DNA of 64,000 bases from Negaprion brevirostris (Eukaryota): contig JARDVH010000137.1 of the NCBI GenBank assembly GCA_030324005.1, positions 19,158,863-19,222,862 on the forward strand, in the 5' to 3' direction. Of the stretch, positions 1-12,845 are shown piece by piece. The notes below the pieces were generated by a model, which saw only the letters and a list, made by a program, of their open reading frames with translations, searched no databases and was not told where the DNA came from. The position numbers and the translations under genes were made by a program. Numbering within the stretch: position 1 is the stretch's first letter; the number at the start of each line of letters is the position of its first letter.

Positions 1-297
1 CTGGTAGGTCCTAAGTCAGCTGGAGAAAAATGTTCTTTGAGTGACAATGAAAGTGATTGAAGGAACTAATTTAGTTTTTGAAAACTTTTTAAATTCTAAC
101 ATGGCGCTTCAAATTTTAGGTAATGCAAATACTCGTAGCAAGGTTAACTGCTGTCTTAAAAGTCCTTTACAATGTATGATACTTGGGAACAAACCATGTC
201 TCGTGAAACACAGTATGGATTTCATTTAGTATTTTCTTAATTTCTCACAGTTTTTATGATTTCTGATGAGAACTGCAATTAATTTTGGATACTTATA

Positions 298-742
298 GCA
301 GAACCAGGGGTCACAGTCCAAGGATTAAATACATGAATAGGATGGGAATAGAGGGTTATGATCCCCAGAGGGCTAGGGGTTTTAGTTCAGATGGGCAACA
401 TGGTTAATGCAGGCTTGGAGGGCCAAAGGGCCTGTTGCTGTGCTGTAATTTTCTTTGTTCCTGATATGGGGTAAGCCCTTTAGGACTGAGACAAGGAGCA
501 ATCTGTTCACCCAGAGAGTGGTAAGATTGTGGAATTCGCTGCCATAGAAAACTGGTGAGGCCAAAGCATTGTATGTTTCTACGATGTAGTTAGATATAAC
601 CCTTGGGATGAAGGAAGTCAAAGGATATGGGGGAAAGCAGGATCAGGACTGAGTTGGATGATCATCCATGGCCACAATGAATGGTAGAGCAGGCTCAAAG
701 GGCCCAACAGCCTACTCGTCTTCCTACTTCCTATGTTTCTGT
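298..742 (+). mobile_element. CR1/HER1-type LINE 3' end with a second CR1-type 3' fragment (about 324-460) inserted
   Basis: Typical shark CR1 3' text (tttaggactgagacaaggagcaatctgttcacccagagagtggt...gggcccaacagcctactc...cctatgttt); the consensus is interrupted at ccaagg|...|ctgatatgggg. Confidence 0.75.
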
Positions 743-1224
743 AACACTTAAACAACTGAATGGATCTTGTCACTGAAATTTAACTTTATAGTTTCATGTA
801 TATGGTTTAGAAAGAATCAGGATTTCAATGATTAGGAATAAATCATTCCCATTTCCAGTTATTCCAGTGTTGGCATTGGTGTTCTTAATCCTTCATACAG
901 TGTAAACAAAGGTAATTTAGAGCATCAGTAACTCTACTGCATCATGCATTATAAACAAGGCATGATTTATTAGGTTGTCTATTATATATATGACAGTTTT
1001 TTAAAGTAACACTTTTTCTTAAATTATATCTATGCACTCTTCTTTGAACTCAATTTTTTTAATCATGGCAAATCTCCCTGTTTAAGAACATTGTACAGTT
1101 CATTTATACATTATGTATATATTTAATATGCAAGCTGTACAGTTCGTTTGTACATGTACAATATATGTTTAATATGCATGTAGATATTTTTAAAAATGCA
1201 ATGTTTGTTTTTTTTTTTTAAAAG

Positions 1225-1404
1225 CTGTACCTGAGAGAGTTACTGAGATTGATGCACCCCCGTTTTTACCAGCATTTGGTATCCCTGGGTGAGGATGGAC
1301 TCCAAATGCTGTTCTGCCATCGGTGGATTCTGCTCTGCTTTAAACGCGAGTTTCCAGAAGCAGAGGCACTTCGCATTTGGGAGGCATGTTGGGCTCATTA
1401 CCAG
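1225..1404 (+). CDS. TBC1D16: TBC1 domain family member 16, internal coding exon (Rab-GAP TBC domain, C-terminal part)
   Basis: Poly-T tract then AG at 1223-1224 and GT at 1405; 180 bp, phase 0. Translates LYLRELLRLMHPRFYQHLVSLGEDGLQMLFCHRWILLCFKREFPEAEALRIWEACWAHYQ, containing the TBC motif FCHRWILLCFKREF and matching recalled vertebrate TBC1D16. Confidence 0.95.
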
Positions 1405-1659
1405 GTTAGCTTTGCTCTTATGGGCATTTGTTTAGTCAAGTAGATTGGTGAAATGCTGATTGTGAAAGTAACAAACCTACAATAGCTTTATTTTTAAACC
1501 AAGACATTTGAGCATAGTTTGTACCAATGATTGAATTGGACTCTTTGAGTTTGGTATTTACACAGCAGCATTATGATTGTCCTTGATATAATTATAATCT
1601 TTTGCTTTTACAGGTAAAATCATAGTTAGAATCCACCCCATATATATGAGGGGATCATT

Positions 1660-1794
1660 AAAGTTAAAGTTTATTTATTAGTCACAAGTAAGGCTTACAT
1701 TAACACTGCAATGAAATTACTGTGAAATTCCCTGAGTCGCCACACTGCGGCACCTGTTCGGGTCAATGCAGCTAACCAGCATGTCTTTCAGACT
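1660..1794 (-). mobile_element. V-SINE/HE1-like SINE, 3' part
   Basis: Reverse complement of the tail shared with copies at 8318, 15876, 40069, 52804 and 59935 (ttcattgcagtgttaatgtaagccttacttgtgactaataaataaactttaactt). Confidence 0.8.
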
Positions 1795-2999
1795 GATATA
1801 TATACGTCAGAGAGATAATTAGCCATCATTTCTGACCTGTGCAGAAAGACACTATCCAGAAGTATTCCATGTGTTGATAAACCCTGTGTGAAGACAGATG
1901 TCTTGACATCAGGCCTATATTTACCTAGGTGGAACCAGTGCCCTACTACCCTACTGTAATAATTTAATTTGTAATCTTTTCAATCCATCCTTCCCACATA
2001 GTTTACAATACCCCGAGTACCTTTCAGACACCTTTTTGAGATTGAAAAGCCCAAATTTCTTCTTTCTCCCAAATCCTGCAGTTGGAGCATGGTATCTATC
2101 ACATACATCTTTGTGCTTTTTAAAGCTTAAATCTCTGAACAAAATTGGATGTAGTAATCAAGATGTCATCTAACCAGAGCTTAGTTGCAGCTCAACCTGC
2201 ACCAAACTGTAATGTTCTGCCTGTATAGTTCAGCATTCTAATTGCTTTGTTGGCTATTGTGCTGCAATAATGCTTGCTTCATAGTTGTACTAGTTGCTTA
2301 AAGGACAAATTCATGTTTACAAAGCTGTTACTGTTTCTATAAACTATATTCTGGGGTCATTGGATTGGTGGGTAGAAAATATAACGTAATTGTTCAAGAA
2401 AGGGAGAGAGGAAAAGGGGAACTACAGGTCAATTAGCTTGACATTAGTTGGGGAAATGCTGGAATCCATTATTAAGGAAATGGTAACACTGCCATTAAAA
2501 AAAATCCTGATATGGTTAGGCACAGCCAACATGATCTAATGAGGCATTTTTCAAACACTCTTCCCTATCAGAATTTTTTGAAGATTTCAGAAGATTTGGA
2601 TTTTCAAAAGGCATTCAGTTAAGTGCCATGCAAAACATTGCATGAAATAAGAGCCCATGGGATTACAAGTAGTTAAAAGATGGAAAGCAGTGAGCAGAAA
2701 TAAGCAGTTCTTTTTCAATTTAGCAAACTTAGTAATGAGGTGCTATAAGAATCTGCCCTCAATTGATTAAAATCTGTGTTAATGACTCAGATAAGAGGAC
2801 TGAATATAATGCATTCAACTCTGCTGATGAGACAAGACTAGGTGGGAAAATAAGTTGTGAGGAGGTACAAAAGAATCTGCAAAGGGATATTTGTAGATAA
2901 AGTTATTGGGTGATGTGGTGGCAGATGGCATATAACCTGGGGAAAGGAAAGGTCATTCACTTTGATACTAATAGATAAGCAGAGTATTTTTCAATGGTG

Positions 3000-3648
3000 G
3001 AAAATACTGCAGATACTGGAAATCTGAAATAAAACCAAAAAATTCTGGAAGTGCTCAGAAAATCAGGGAGCATTTGTGGCGATGATGTAATGGTATTGTT
3101 CCTATACTAATAATCCAGAGATCCAGGGTAATGCTCTGCAGTCTCGGGTTCAAATACTTCCATGGTAGATAATGAAATTTGACTTCAATAAAAAAAACAA
3201 TTTTAAAAATCTGGAACTAAATGTCTAATGATGACGATTGTCAGAAATACCCATCTGATTCGCTCATGTCCTTGAAGGAAATCTGCCTCCTTACCTGGTC
3301 TGGCCAACATGCGATCCCAGATCCACTGCAATGTGGTTGACTCTTAAAGGCCCTCTGAAATGGCCTAACAAGCCAGTCAGTTCAAGGACAATTGGGGATT
3401 AACAATAAATGCTGATTCAGCCAACGATACTCACATCCCATGAATAAATTTTTAAAAACCCTATCATAGACAACCTTCCTCCTTCTAATGGCTCAAAACC
3501 ATTTCCATCTTTATTTATTTATTTCTAATGAATGCTCATCTCAATCTGAAATGTCAGTTTTGATTCTCTCCACGGATACTCCTTGATTTTGAGTCTTTCC
3601 AGCAATTTTTGATTTTATTTTAGATTTCTAGTTATCGGTAATATTTTA
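3000..3648. mobile_element. Non-autonomous Penelope-derived inverted-repeat element (arms 3000-3078 and about 3565-3648)
   Basis: Left arm aaaatactgcagatactggaaatctgaaataaaacc is a diverged reverse complement of the right arm gattttattttagatttctagttatcggtaatatttt; decayed hammerhead-like core at 3525-3555. Confidence 0.65.
3080..3455 (+). mobile_element. tRNA-derived shark SINE with CR1-like 3' tail
   Basis: B-box-like gggttcaaat, body ggaaatctgcctccttacctggtctggcc, tail caataaatgctg...cacatcccatgaataaa shared with the LINE at 6693 and 46810; other copies at 48680 and 51045. Confidence 0.75.
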
Positions 3649-6600
3649 CTTATGAACAATCAAATGTTGGTGTTCTGAGATTTGGGTGTCCTTCACATTA
3701 GTGAAATGCAGGTACTGGAAGCATTTAAGAAGACAAATGATATGTTGACATTTGTTGCAAAGGTTTGGAGTAAGGATCTTCTGCTATTTTTATACAGGGA
3801 TTTGATGAAGCCACACCTAAAGTAAGTCTTTGCAGTTTTGATCTCCAACTATGGAAAGAATGCTTGTGATATAGTCTGTGCAATGGAGGTTTATGAGAGA
3901 TTCCTGGAATGAGAGGGCTGTCTTCCTAAGGAGTGATTGCATTGAATGGGTCTATTACTGTATGGCGTTAAGAAGAATGAGGTGATCTAATAAATAAGAG
4001 AGAGCTCGATAGGGTAGATACTTGAGAGGCAAGGGGACATAGTCTCAAGACCAGGGGTCGATCATTTAGGACTCAAATGAGGGGAAATTGTTTCACTCAG
4101 AGGGTTGTGAATCTTTGGAGTGCTGTATTTTAGAGCTCAGTCATTGATTTTTGAACTCTTAAGGGAATCATGGACTATGAGGATTGGATGTGAAGGTGGA
4201 TTTGAGATTGCAGATCAGCTATAATTTTATGGCAGAGCACTAAAGCTCGCATGACCAACTGAACATACTTTTTATGGTCCTGCGAACAGCTGAATTTAAC
4301 ACTTTATGAAATTATCTGTTGGGTAACTGTGTTTAATGGTGTATTTACATTATAGTATGTTAGCAACCAGTGACACCAACTTTGGTAATTATATGGTAAG
4401 ATTAAAATATGGTTCTGCTTCTGGGTGCAGTAACCGTTTAGAACAGATGAGATTTGTTTTTGGTCCACTGAGGGCAGCACCACCAGATAGATATTAAGTT
4501 GTGGATAGCCTGAGTGTTCAGTTCACATTCAAGCCAGCAGTACAGTTTGTCAGTCATTAGTCTGTGTGGACCATCTTGCCCTCTCTTACTTACACCCACT
4601 GCCACTTTCTCCTCCATTGCAAAAGGCCCAACAACAAAAATTTGCAGATTGCTGATTTTGGTCTTTAAACAATGATGCTGTTCTTTCTTTTCCTGGTACT
4701 GCAGTGAAAAGAATGTGAATTATATAATGACAGCAGCTTGAGAGGATGAGAGAAACTTTGTTGCTTAAAATGATTGTTTCAGATGAATGTGGGATAAAAC
4801 AACAGTGTTGCATTCCATTCTGTTGATGTTGTCCTAAATAGGATAACTGCTGTCCTTTTACACAGTGCACTCTTTTAATTTTTGATTTACTAACTCAGCA
4901 CCATTGAAATGCCAAAATAATTGTACAAAAATCAAGCTGGTCTGATTATTTTTGATTTAGATTTAATTAGTAAACCAGTGGATTTTTTTAAAAACACAAA
5001 TAAAATATTAGAAAAAGTGAAGTAAGTAGAGGATGATCCTAGCATTTTTGTTGTATTATTTCATACCAAATTGTATATGTTCACTAAAAAAATTTCCTTC
5101 CTGACATGACCATAAATTGGCTACTATTCTCCATCAAATGAAATGATCATAATATTCATTATAATAAACTTATCCATAAATTACTCTGCCAGGCCCCATC
5201 TTGATTCACCAACCAGAGCTTAAGTAGAATGAGCTGTCCATTACAATTTCTTGACAAAACTCAGTCATCTGAGCTGAATAACTAAAGTGGTAAGGGTCTA
5301 AGAATTTAACTTTCAATCTTTTGATCAGGAATTGATTTGCTTCTGTCAGTGTTTTCTTGCACTTTGTGCTCTTGCATCCTTCCCTGGATGCCACTTCCCC
5401 CCACCTCCCTTTCCCCACACACATGCACGTACGTGCATGGCATCTGATAATATTGATGAATTCTCAATTATACAATTTTTCAATCCCTTCCAGTTGGGGA
5501 AAGCAGTCTGGGTATGTTCAAGGTACTCTGTTGCAGTTCCAATGACTATTAAGTTAATATGCCAAATGGTTACCTTGATATTAATGTGTATATATGACAG
5601 AAAAGAAGCAGTTGAAGCCATAAAATGCCTTTTCTTGCTTCCATGTTAACTCTTCAACTGTTGCCTATTGTTTTCCCACAGTCGCCAGTCTTTGATACTT
5701 AGTTACTATACTTGGTTTGGTTCCATTTAAATCAAAGCAACAATATTTTTCCCCATTATTATTGGGTGCAATGAATTTTAAATATTACTCTGACAGCCAT
5801 AGTTTCTGACTAGGATGACACACATCATTGTTGTCAATCCACGGTGCAACCAAGTGTGTCAAATCTTTCCTTGATTCCAACCTCAATACCAACACTTCCA
5901 TGCAATTCTCAAGGAACATGTGCAATGTTATTCCTTTTAAATCACCAACTGTTCTCCTACACAACCAAGTCTCACATTGGGTCTGTCTATGAGAGGCTGC
6001 AGCACATTTCTTACAAGGCCCCTGTTCAGGCAGTTTACAGTATAATCAATTGTTTTTGCTTCATGGTTATCTAGATCTATCACTATTCATTTTGTCAATT
6101 GAAAATCTTTTAGATGCTGTCAAGGTTCATTCTAGTTTCATGGTTACCTAATTAATCATCCTTGGAGCAACTGCCCACTTAGAGTACCTGTAAAATGCTG
6201 TTTTGGAAGTTAGAAAGAGCTTATATTTAACAGATTCTTTCTGACAACCAGAGTCCTTGATTTCCCTGAAAGTTACCCATTCTCTTCACTACTTTGCCAT
6301 TTTCCTGCAATGTATGGTTAATTCCAAGAATGAGGAAGGAAAGCACCTATCTAGTAGGCTACCTGCATTCTTGACAAATTAATTCTGTATGCAGTGCATT
6401 TGTCTCAACAATTTGGAATTATAGAGTGCCTTTAATGTAGCACAAAAAGGGCTGGTTAGCTCAGTTGGCTAGAGTGTGGTGAAGTTTAACATCAGCAACT
6501 TGATTTCAGTCCAACTGTAGAAATGCATTCCACAATCTTGCAACCCGCTGTGTAAAAATGTTTCTCTTGTCCTCCACTTTAACAGCTTGCACCTAATTTA

Positions 6601-6692
6601 GTCCCTATATTCCCTTGTTTAGATCCCAAAATCACTAAATATGTTTCTCTCTCTAATGTGTCCAATTCCTTCACTTCATAAATTTAAACACC

Positions 6693-7640
6693 TTTTTATT
6701 CATTGAAGGGATGTGGGCTTCGCTGGCTAGGCCAGCATTCTTTGCCTGTCTCTAATTGTGCTTAAGAAGGTGGTGGTAAGCTGCCCTGTTGAACTGCTAC
6801 AGTCCATGGGTATAGATGCAACCACAAGAGAGGGAGTTCTGGGATCTTGACCCAACAACTGTGAAGGAATGGTGATATATTTCCAAGTCAGGTTGGTGAT
6901 TGGATTGGAGGGGAACTTCCAGGTGGCCTGTTCCCATGTATCTGCTGTACTTGTCCTTCTGAATGATAGTGGTCATGCGTTTGGAAGATGCTGTGCAAGG
7001 AGCCTTGGTGAGTTCCTGCAGTGCATCTTGTTGATGGTACTCACTGCTGCTACAGTTCATAAATGGGTAGAGGAAGTGAATGTTTGTGGAATGGATGCTA
7101 ATATGCTTTGTCCTGGATAGGTGACAAGATTCTTGTGTGTTGTGCAAGCTGCACTCATCCACGCAAGTGAAGAATATTCCATCACACTCCTGACTTATGC
7201 CCTATTGATTGTGGACAGGCTTTGGGAAGGCAGGAAGTGAGTTACTCACCACAGGATTCCTAGCCTCTGACTACAAGAGCCAGTCACAGTATTTATGTGG
7301 CTAGTCCAATTCAGTTTCTGGTCAATAGTGAGCCCAACATTTTGATGGTGGGGTATTCAGTAATGGTAATGCCATCGTATGTCAAGAGATGATGATCAGA
7401 TTCTCTCTTGTTGGAGATGGTCATTGCCTAGCAATGTAGGGCACAAATGTAACTTGCCACTTGTTAGCCCAAGCCTCGATATTGTCCAGGTCTTGTTGCA
7501 TTTGGACATGGACTGCTTCAGTATCTGAGGAGTATTAAATGGTGTTGAACATTGTGCAACCATCAGCGAACATCCCCACTTCTAAACTTATGATGGAAGG
7601 AAGGTCATTGAAGAAGCAGCTGAAGATCGTTGGCCTTTGG
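6693..7640 (-). mobile_element. CR1-type LINE, 5'-truncated (about 950 bp)
   Basis: Reverse complement of the 46810-47755 element; RT remnants (catcagcgaacatcccc = GMFAD on the minus strand). Confidence 0.8.
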
Positions 7641-8317
7641 ACACCTCTATCAAACAACTCTATACTCTCACTTGTTCCGAACAACCTAGTTATTAAAATA
7701 TCTTTCTATATTTGTACTTCTTTACTAGACACCATCTGAATGAATCCACACTGCTCTCTTTCTGTTGCCCCAAAATCTTCCCTTAAGTGAGGAGTCCAAA
7801 CCTAAAAACATGACTCCATTATTCGTGTTTCATGTAAATTAATCATTACACCTCAACTTAGTATTCTATTCCTCTCACCATTAAATTTTAGTATTCTGTT
7901 GGCTGTTTAAAAAAATATCCTATTTCACCATGAGGTTAGTGTTAGTTCTTGTAAACCTGAGCCCCCAAATCCCTCTGCTCTTTCACATCACCCAACCTTC
8001 CTATTCAAAGTATAATTGTTGTTGCTTTGATCAGAAACATTTACTGACATTGAATTTCATTTGCTACTTTTATGCACATTCCATTATTTTACTCATGGGC
8101 TGATGTGACAGGCTTGATGGGATGTATGGCTTGTCTCCTCCCATGCTTGCTGATGAAATTTGTCAATTCAAATTCTTTTTAATGCCATTTTCCATTTCAC
8201 TTTTTGATGCTGAAACCTTCAACAAATATCCTTCTCCACATGAATTGCAATTGTTGGCTGGCAAGGCAAAGTTCAGTGAAGGAGCAAGTGACCTAGCACT
8301 TTCAACAGAATTCCTTA

Positions 8318-8606
8318 AAGTTTTGTTTAAAGTTTACTTATTAGTCACAAGTAACTTATATTAACACTGCATTGAAGTTACTGTGAAAATCCCCTAATTG
8401 CCACACTCCAGCATCTGTTTGGGTACACTGAGGGAGAATTTATATGGCCAGTTCACCTAACTGGCACATCTTTGGACTGTGGGAGGAAACCCACGCAGAC
8501 ACAAGGAGAATGAGCAAACTCCACTTAGGCAGTAACCCAAACCGGGGATCGAACCCAGGTCTCTGGTGCTGTGAGGCTGCAGTGCTAACTGCTGTGCCAC
8601 CGTGCC
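8318..8606 (-). mobile_element. V-SINE/HE1-like SINE, near full length
   Basis: tRNA-like head (ggcacggtggcacagcagttagcactgc...gggttcgatcccc on the minus strand), V-domain and shared tail. Confidence 0.85.
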
Positions 8607-9455
8607 TTACCGCACAGCTGGAAAATACACGTACTAGAAAACATCCAAGATTGAATAGTCTTCAGCCTGGTAACAGTGTTGTTTATAAAAGACTTAAGTT
8701 ATTTGTACAAATGGTTCAACATTATAAAGCAAATTAATATTGTGTTTGATGGTTAAAACGCAGGTAAAGATCAACGTCTTGCCAGAATGAAGTAGTTTAT
8801 CTCACTAATACATACCAGTAGGACCATGTAAATTTCATTTCAATGCTCTGGTTCATATGAGCTGTAATTAGTCAAACATGTTCTTCGTGATAGTTACTTG
8901 CAAATTTTAAGGATAATTTTCTTCCCAGTCTATGTTCTTATCCTTTCTATTTTTTTTGTTTCAAGAGTTGAGTTACATGTCTTGCACAGAAGTGGAGTTG
9001 TGAAATATAATTAACATCACCATATATGAATTTAAAAGCTGGCCCAACCAGAAATGGCTGGCTTGTGTTTCGAGACAATTTTTTTACTGATTATTTAAGT
9101 TTCATTCATGAGTAAACAGCTGAAAGATTTGCTGCATGAATGAAGGGGTGTATTTGGCACTAAGGAAGAAGAAGATAATTTAGTAGTTATGTTAAAGCTG
9201 TGCACAAAACATAGAGCCGTGTCTTCTTCAAGGTTTAATAAAATCAAGACAAGTAACCTTCTCAAGGAGTTGTTTGGAAGATTGTTGTACGTCTTTCCAT
9301 GCGCCCATCATAAAGTGGTAGCAGTAATTCAGTTACTGATAAGTCAGTGAGTTGGCTATCAGTCTTGCAGATCTTATATTTGTAATGATGAATGATTAGT
9401 GTGTACCTTAGATTTTTGTCTGTTAGTGAAATCATTAAGTATATGTGTCTTGCAG

Positions 9456-9602
9456 ACTGACTACTTCCACCTGTTTGTCTGTGTGGCCATTGTTGTGATT
9501 TACGGGGATGACGTGATTGAACAGCAGTTAGCAACAGACCAGATGCTGCTTCATTTTGGCAACCTGGCCATGCATATGAGTGGAGAGATTGTCCTAAGGA
9601 AG
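9456..9602 (+). CDS. TBC1D16: TBC1D16 penultimate coding exon
   Basis: ttgcag acceptor, GT at 9603; 147 bp, phase 0. TDYFHLFVCVAIVVIYGDDVIEQQLATDQMLLHFGNLAMHMSGEIVLRK continues in frame from HYQ. Confidence 0.95.
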
Positions 9603-11064
9603 GTAGGATCTCATTGAAATATTTTTGCTTATAAACTGTGATTGAATGTATATCTTTTCAAATGGAATAGATTATGTTTAGCATACTGTTTAGATAAGTT
9701 AAAACCCCTCAATATAATCAAAGATCATGAAAAATTGAGAGGCCTATTAAGGGATTGTTCAGAAGCCTTGTTACTTCTGTGTTAATAATGTAATGATGGG
9801 TTGTTTGTTTTGTTCCTTTGCAACATAAATTCCTTGAACAATGTCTTATTGGTAATGCCTTGTTCATTGTTAATTAACCAGAATGGTGGCAGAACTAAAT
9901 AATAATAAAATAATTGTAAATATATTTTTCAGGGATCTCAGCAATGTGAACATAGTGATGCTTTGACATTATACTGATGTCCTTGTTCTTTCATTACTGT
10001 GTGTAGTGTTATTGAAGTAGGGCAGAATCCTTTGCTTCATTTTTTAAAAAATGGTGGCAAGTTTTTTTTCCTCTTTGGCAGATATTGTACACAAGACAGG
10101 GTGCATGATTTTAGAACTCAGTTCTATGCAGTGGGGAAGGTAACAGTTATTAAATTGCAATAATCACATTTTAGTAAATGTAAGTGCTGTGAGCCATCTG
10201 TGCAGATGTTTAATCTCATTTCATTTAGCTATGATATTCACAATGCATAGAAAGTGAAATTAAGTGTGTTTAGCAAATATATTCTTATTAAAAGTGTTGG
10301 GAGTTGCATCATCTGTTTCTTTTAAGTCTATAAAATGAGCAGGTTAAAATTACATATACAGACCAGATATGTTAGTTTTTCTTTGATTTAATTTTGACAC
10401 ATGTAGGGCAAGCCAAAAATTTATTACATTTAGTTTAATTGTAGCATTAAAATAATTTATCACATTTTCCCTGATTTTCCAGAATATCTGCCTGGATCCA
10501 CAGTGGATGTCCATTTTTCAAGCTGCTCTTATTTCCAGATGTCTTCCTTTCCTTTTTACTAGGGTGTAGTCCTTAATGTTTATCCAAAGTATAAAATAAA
10601 AATTTTTAAATGGCACTGCAGGCAGTTAACCGTGACTATCTTTTATCAACATTGGAATCAGTGAATAGTTTGTACCACAGTGATATGAAATTTGTATATC
10701 GATGCCCACAGGCTGTTACATGAGTCATCAAGCATTTTTTTAGTCGGAGAGTGGTGGGGGCTGGGAGAGCAAAACCTAAAACAAGAAGAATATATATTTT
10801 AAAAAGTGGGCAAGTAATAGGGTCTCTTAATACATCTCATTGCAGTAATTTAGAACCAAGTTGATACTTCATGTTCCTCATGGGTAGAATTTCCAGTAAC
10901 AACTGAGTTATTGGGAGATGAGGTGAGTAAAGACCAAAGAAAGGCATTCTAAATGAAGGAGAAGTGAACCTGAGGGTGCACTGATCTGAACTGCATTTTG
11001 GTAATTCCTCGGTTTCAGCAGTTATGACAGTGCCAGTTGCATGCTGTCTGTGCTGGAGGCAAAC

Positions 11065-11365
11065 ACAATAGGAATAGGAGTAGGTTATTCAGCTCCTGAG
11101 TCTGTCCTGCTATTCAGAACACAGTTGACTCAATTGTGGATCAATGACTACCTGTCATTGATCCACATCCCTTGATGCCTTTACGTAATAAAGATCTATC
11201 AAGTTCAGTCTTTGAAAATTTTGCTTAACCCAGCTTCCACAGACTTTTGGGAAAAGAGTTCCAGATTAGCACTACCCTTTGCCTGAAAAAATATTTCTTG
11301 ATTTTACTTAATGTCCTAGCTCTAATTTTTAGATTGTGCCCCTTCTCTGGATTTCCCCACCAGAA
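11065..11365 (-). mobile_element. CR1-type LINE 3' fragment
   Basis: ataggaataggagtaggttattcagctcctgag...gagttccagattagcactaccctttgcctgaaaaaatatttc is the reverse of the CR1 3' UTR. Confidence 0.65.
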
Positions 11366-12389
11366 GATATACTAAAGTTGAGAAAAGCTTAAAGAATAAA
11401 TTCTGTATGAATGAAACTATTTCTTCCAATTTAAACATGAGCCTTTTGTGTTTAGGCCTCAACCTGGATTTGAAAGGAAACATTGTAGTTTAAAGCCTTT
11501 TCTTCACAACAGTTTATTTCCACTTGTCTTAAGTACCAAAATATTGTTACAATACTCTTTTAAAAGACATCTTCAGTTTATATAGAGGATTGCTTGTAAC
11601 TCCATTTAAAAAAGTATTTATAATTAGTGTTCTGTTGATGTTCTAGATTTACAAAGTACAGTGCCCTATTCAGATTTGGTTAGAGCCTTGTTTCTATATA
11701 TTTATTTGGGAACATGTTTTAGCAGCCTGTTTTTCTACTTTTGCTTGCCAACCCTTGATTTGATTTGCATTTATTTCAATGGGTTCAAAATTGCAGACTG
11801 CCAAGTGCAATGGCAGAAAACCCCAAGCGAATGTTTCTACAATTGCTGTGTCTGCATATTGTCTGCAATATTTGTGTGGAAGTGTTGAACTGGATGTGGT
11901 TATTGAGGTGAGATATTTTGTTTTTAAATTATCAAAATATGCACAGCCTGTGCAGTAAATGTTGAATTCAGCTTTCCTTGAAAATAATTGTGGTTTTGGC
12001 AAAACAATCTTGTTTTTTTTGTCAATGTTGTTTGGCTATTGGTGAATTAAGGTGAACTTGGTGCTGATAAGCTAAGATGAATTATACTGCCATTTGATTT
12101 CGTTGGTTATCAGTTTTGTCAAAGGCTAACGGCACCACTTGCATCATTCTGAATTTCAAAAATTGACAGCGATTTGTAGAATTGTATAACTGCCACCATC
12201 ATGGTTTTGTTTTCTGGTGTGACAATATTTGGCTAAATAATATAGACAGTGGCTGGGATTTTACAATCTTGTCTGTCTTGGTGGTGGAAATTTATGCCTG
12301 ACGTCAGTGGACCTTGACTGGTATGTCAAACCTTCCATCCTGCCCGTTATGATTTCCGCCATGAGACTGAAAGCGTGCATGTTTTGAGA

Positions 12390-12845
12390 GTTTTGAAGAA
12401 TAAGAGATATCTATTTGAAGCATAAAAAAATCTTAAGGAACTTTCCATCACACAAAACATGTAGTTCAAGCTAAACGAAGAGATGTTAAGAATGGATGGT
12501 GGATAAATGAAGCTGATGAGCTTCAAGTATTTCCTGTGACTGCAGAATCTAGAACATGGGACCATTGCCTCAGAAAAAGGGATTTCCCATTTAGGACTGA
12601 GAGAAGGAGAATTTTTTTCAATCAAGGGTTGTCAATCTTTGGAATTCTACCCTGAGAGCAGTATGGGTGCTCAGTGGTAGAATATATTCAAGACAAAGAT
12701 CAATAGATTTTTTGGTTTTAAGTGAATTAAGGGATTATGGTGATAGTACAGAAAGGTGGGATTAAGCTACGAGATCAGCTATCGTTTTATTGAATAGCAG
12801 AACATTTCAAAGGTCCAAATGCCCTACATTCGTCATTACATCTCT
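12390..12845 (+). mobile_element. CR1-type LINE 3' fragment
   Basis: atttaggactgagagaaggagaattttttcaatcaagggttgtcaatctttggaattc CR1 3' text. Confidence 0.65.

Larger units (their letters stand above)
2380..4275 (+). mobile_element. Degenerate CR1-type LINE (ORF2 RT region to 3' end), interrupted at about 3000-3650
   Basis: Remnants of CR1 RT motifs (ggattttcaaaaggcattc = DFQKAF; ctgctgatgagaca = ADDT-like) and a CR1 3' UTR; many stops and indels. Confidence 0.75.

Noticed and set aside
4465-4485. CTCF-like ccactgagggcagca, with the 15-mer ctgagggcagcacca recurring at about 36886
   Set aside because: One base short of the CTCF core spacing; a single 15-mer match could be chance and cannot be supported without ChIP or conservation data.
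6448-6520. tRNA-like ggctggttagctcagttggctagag (similar at 52295)
   Set aside because: No T-arm or acceptor stem; a decayed SINE head rather than a tRNA gene.
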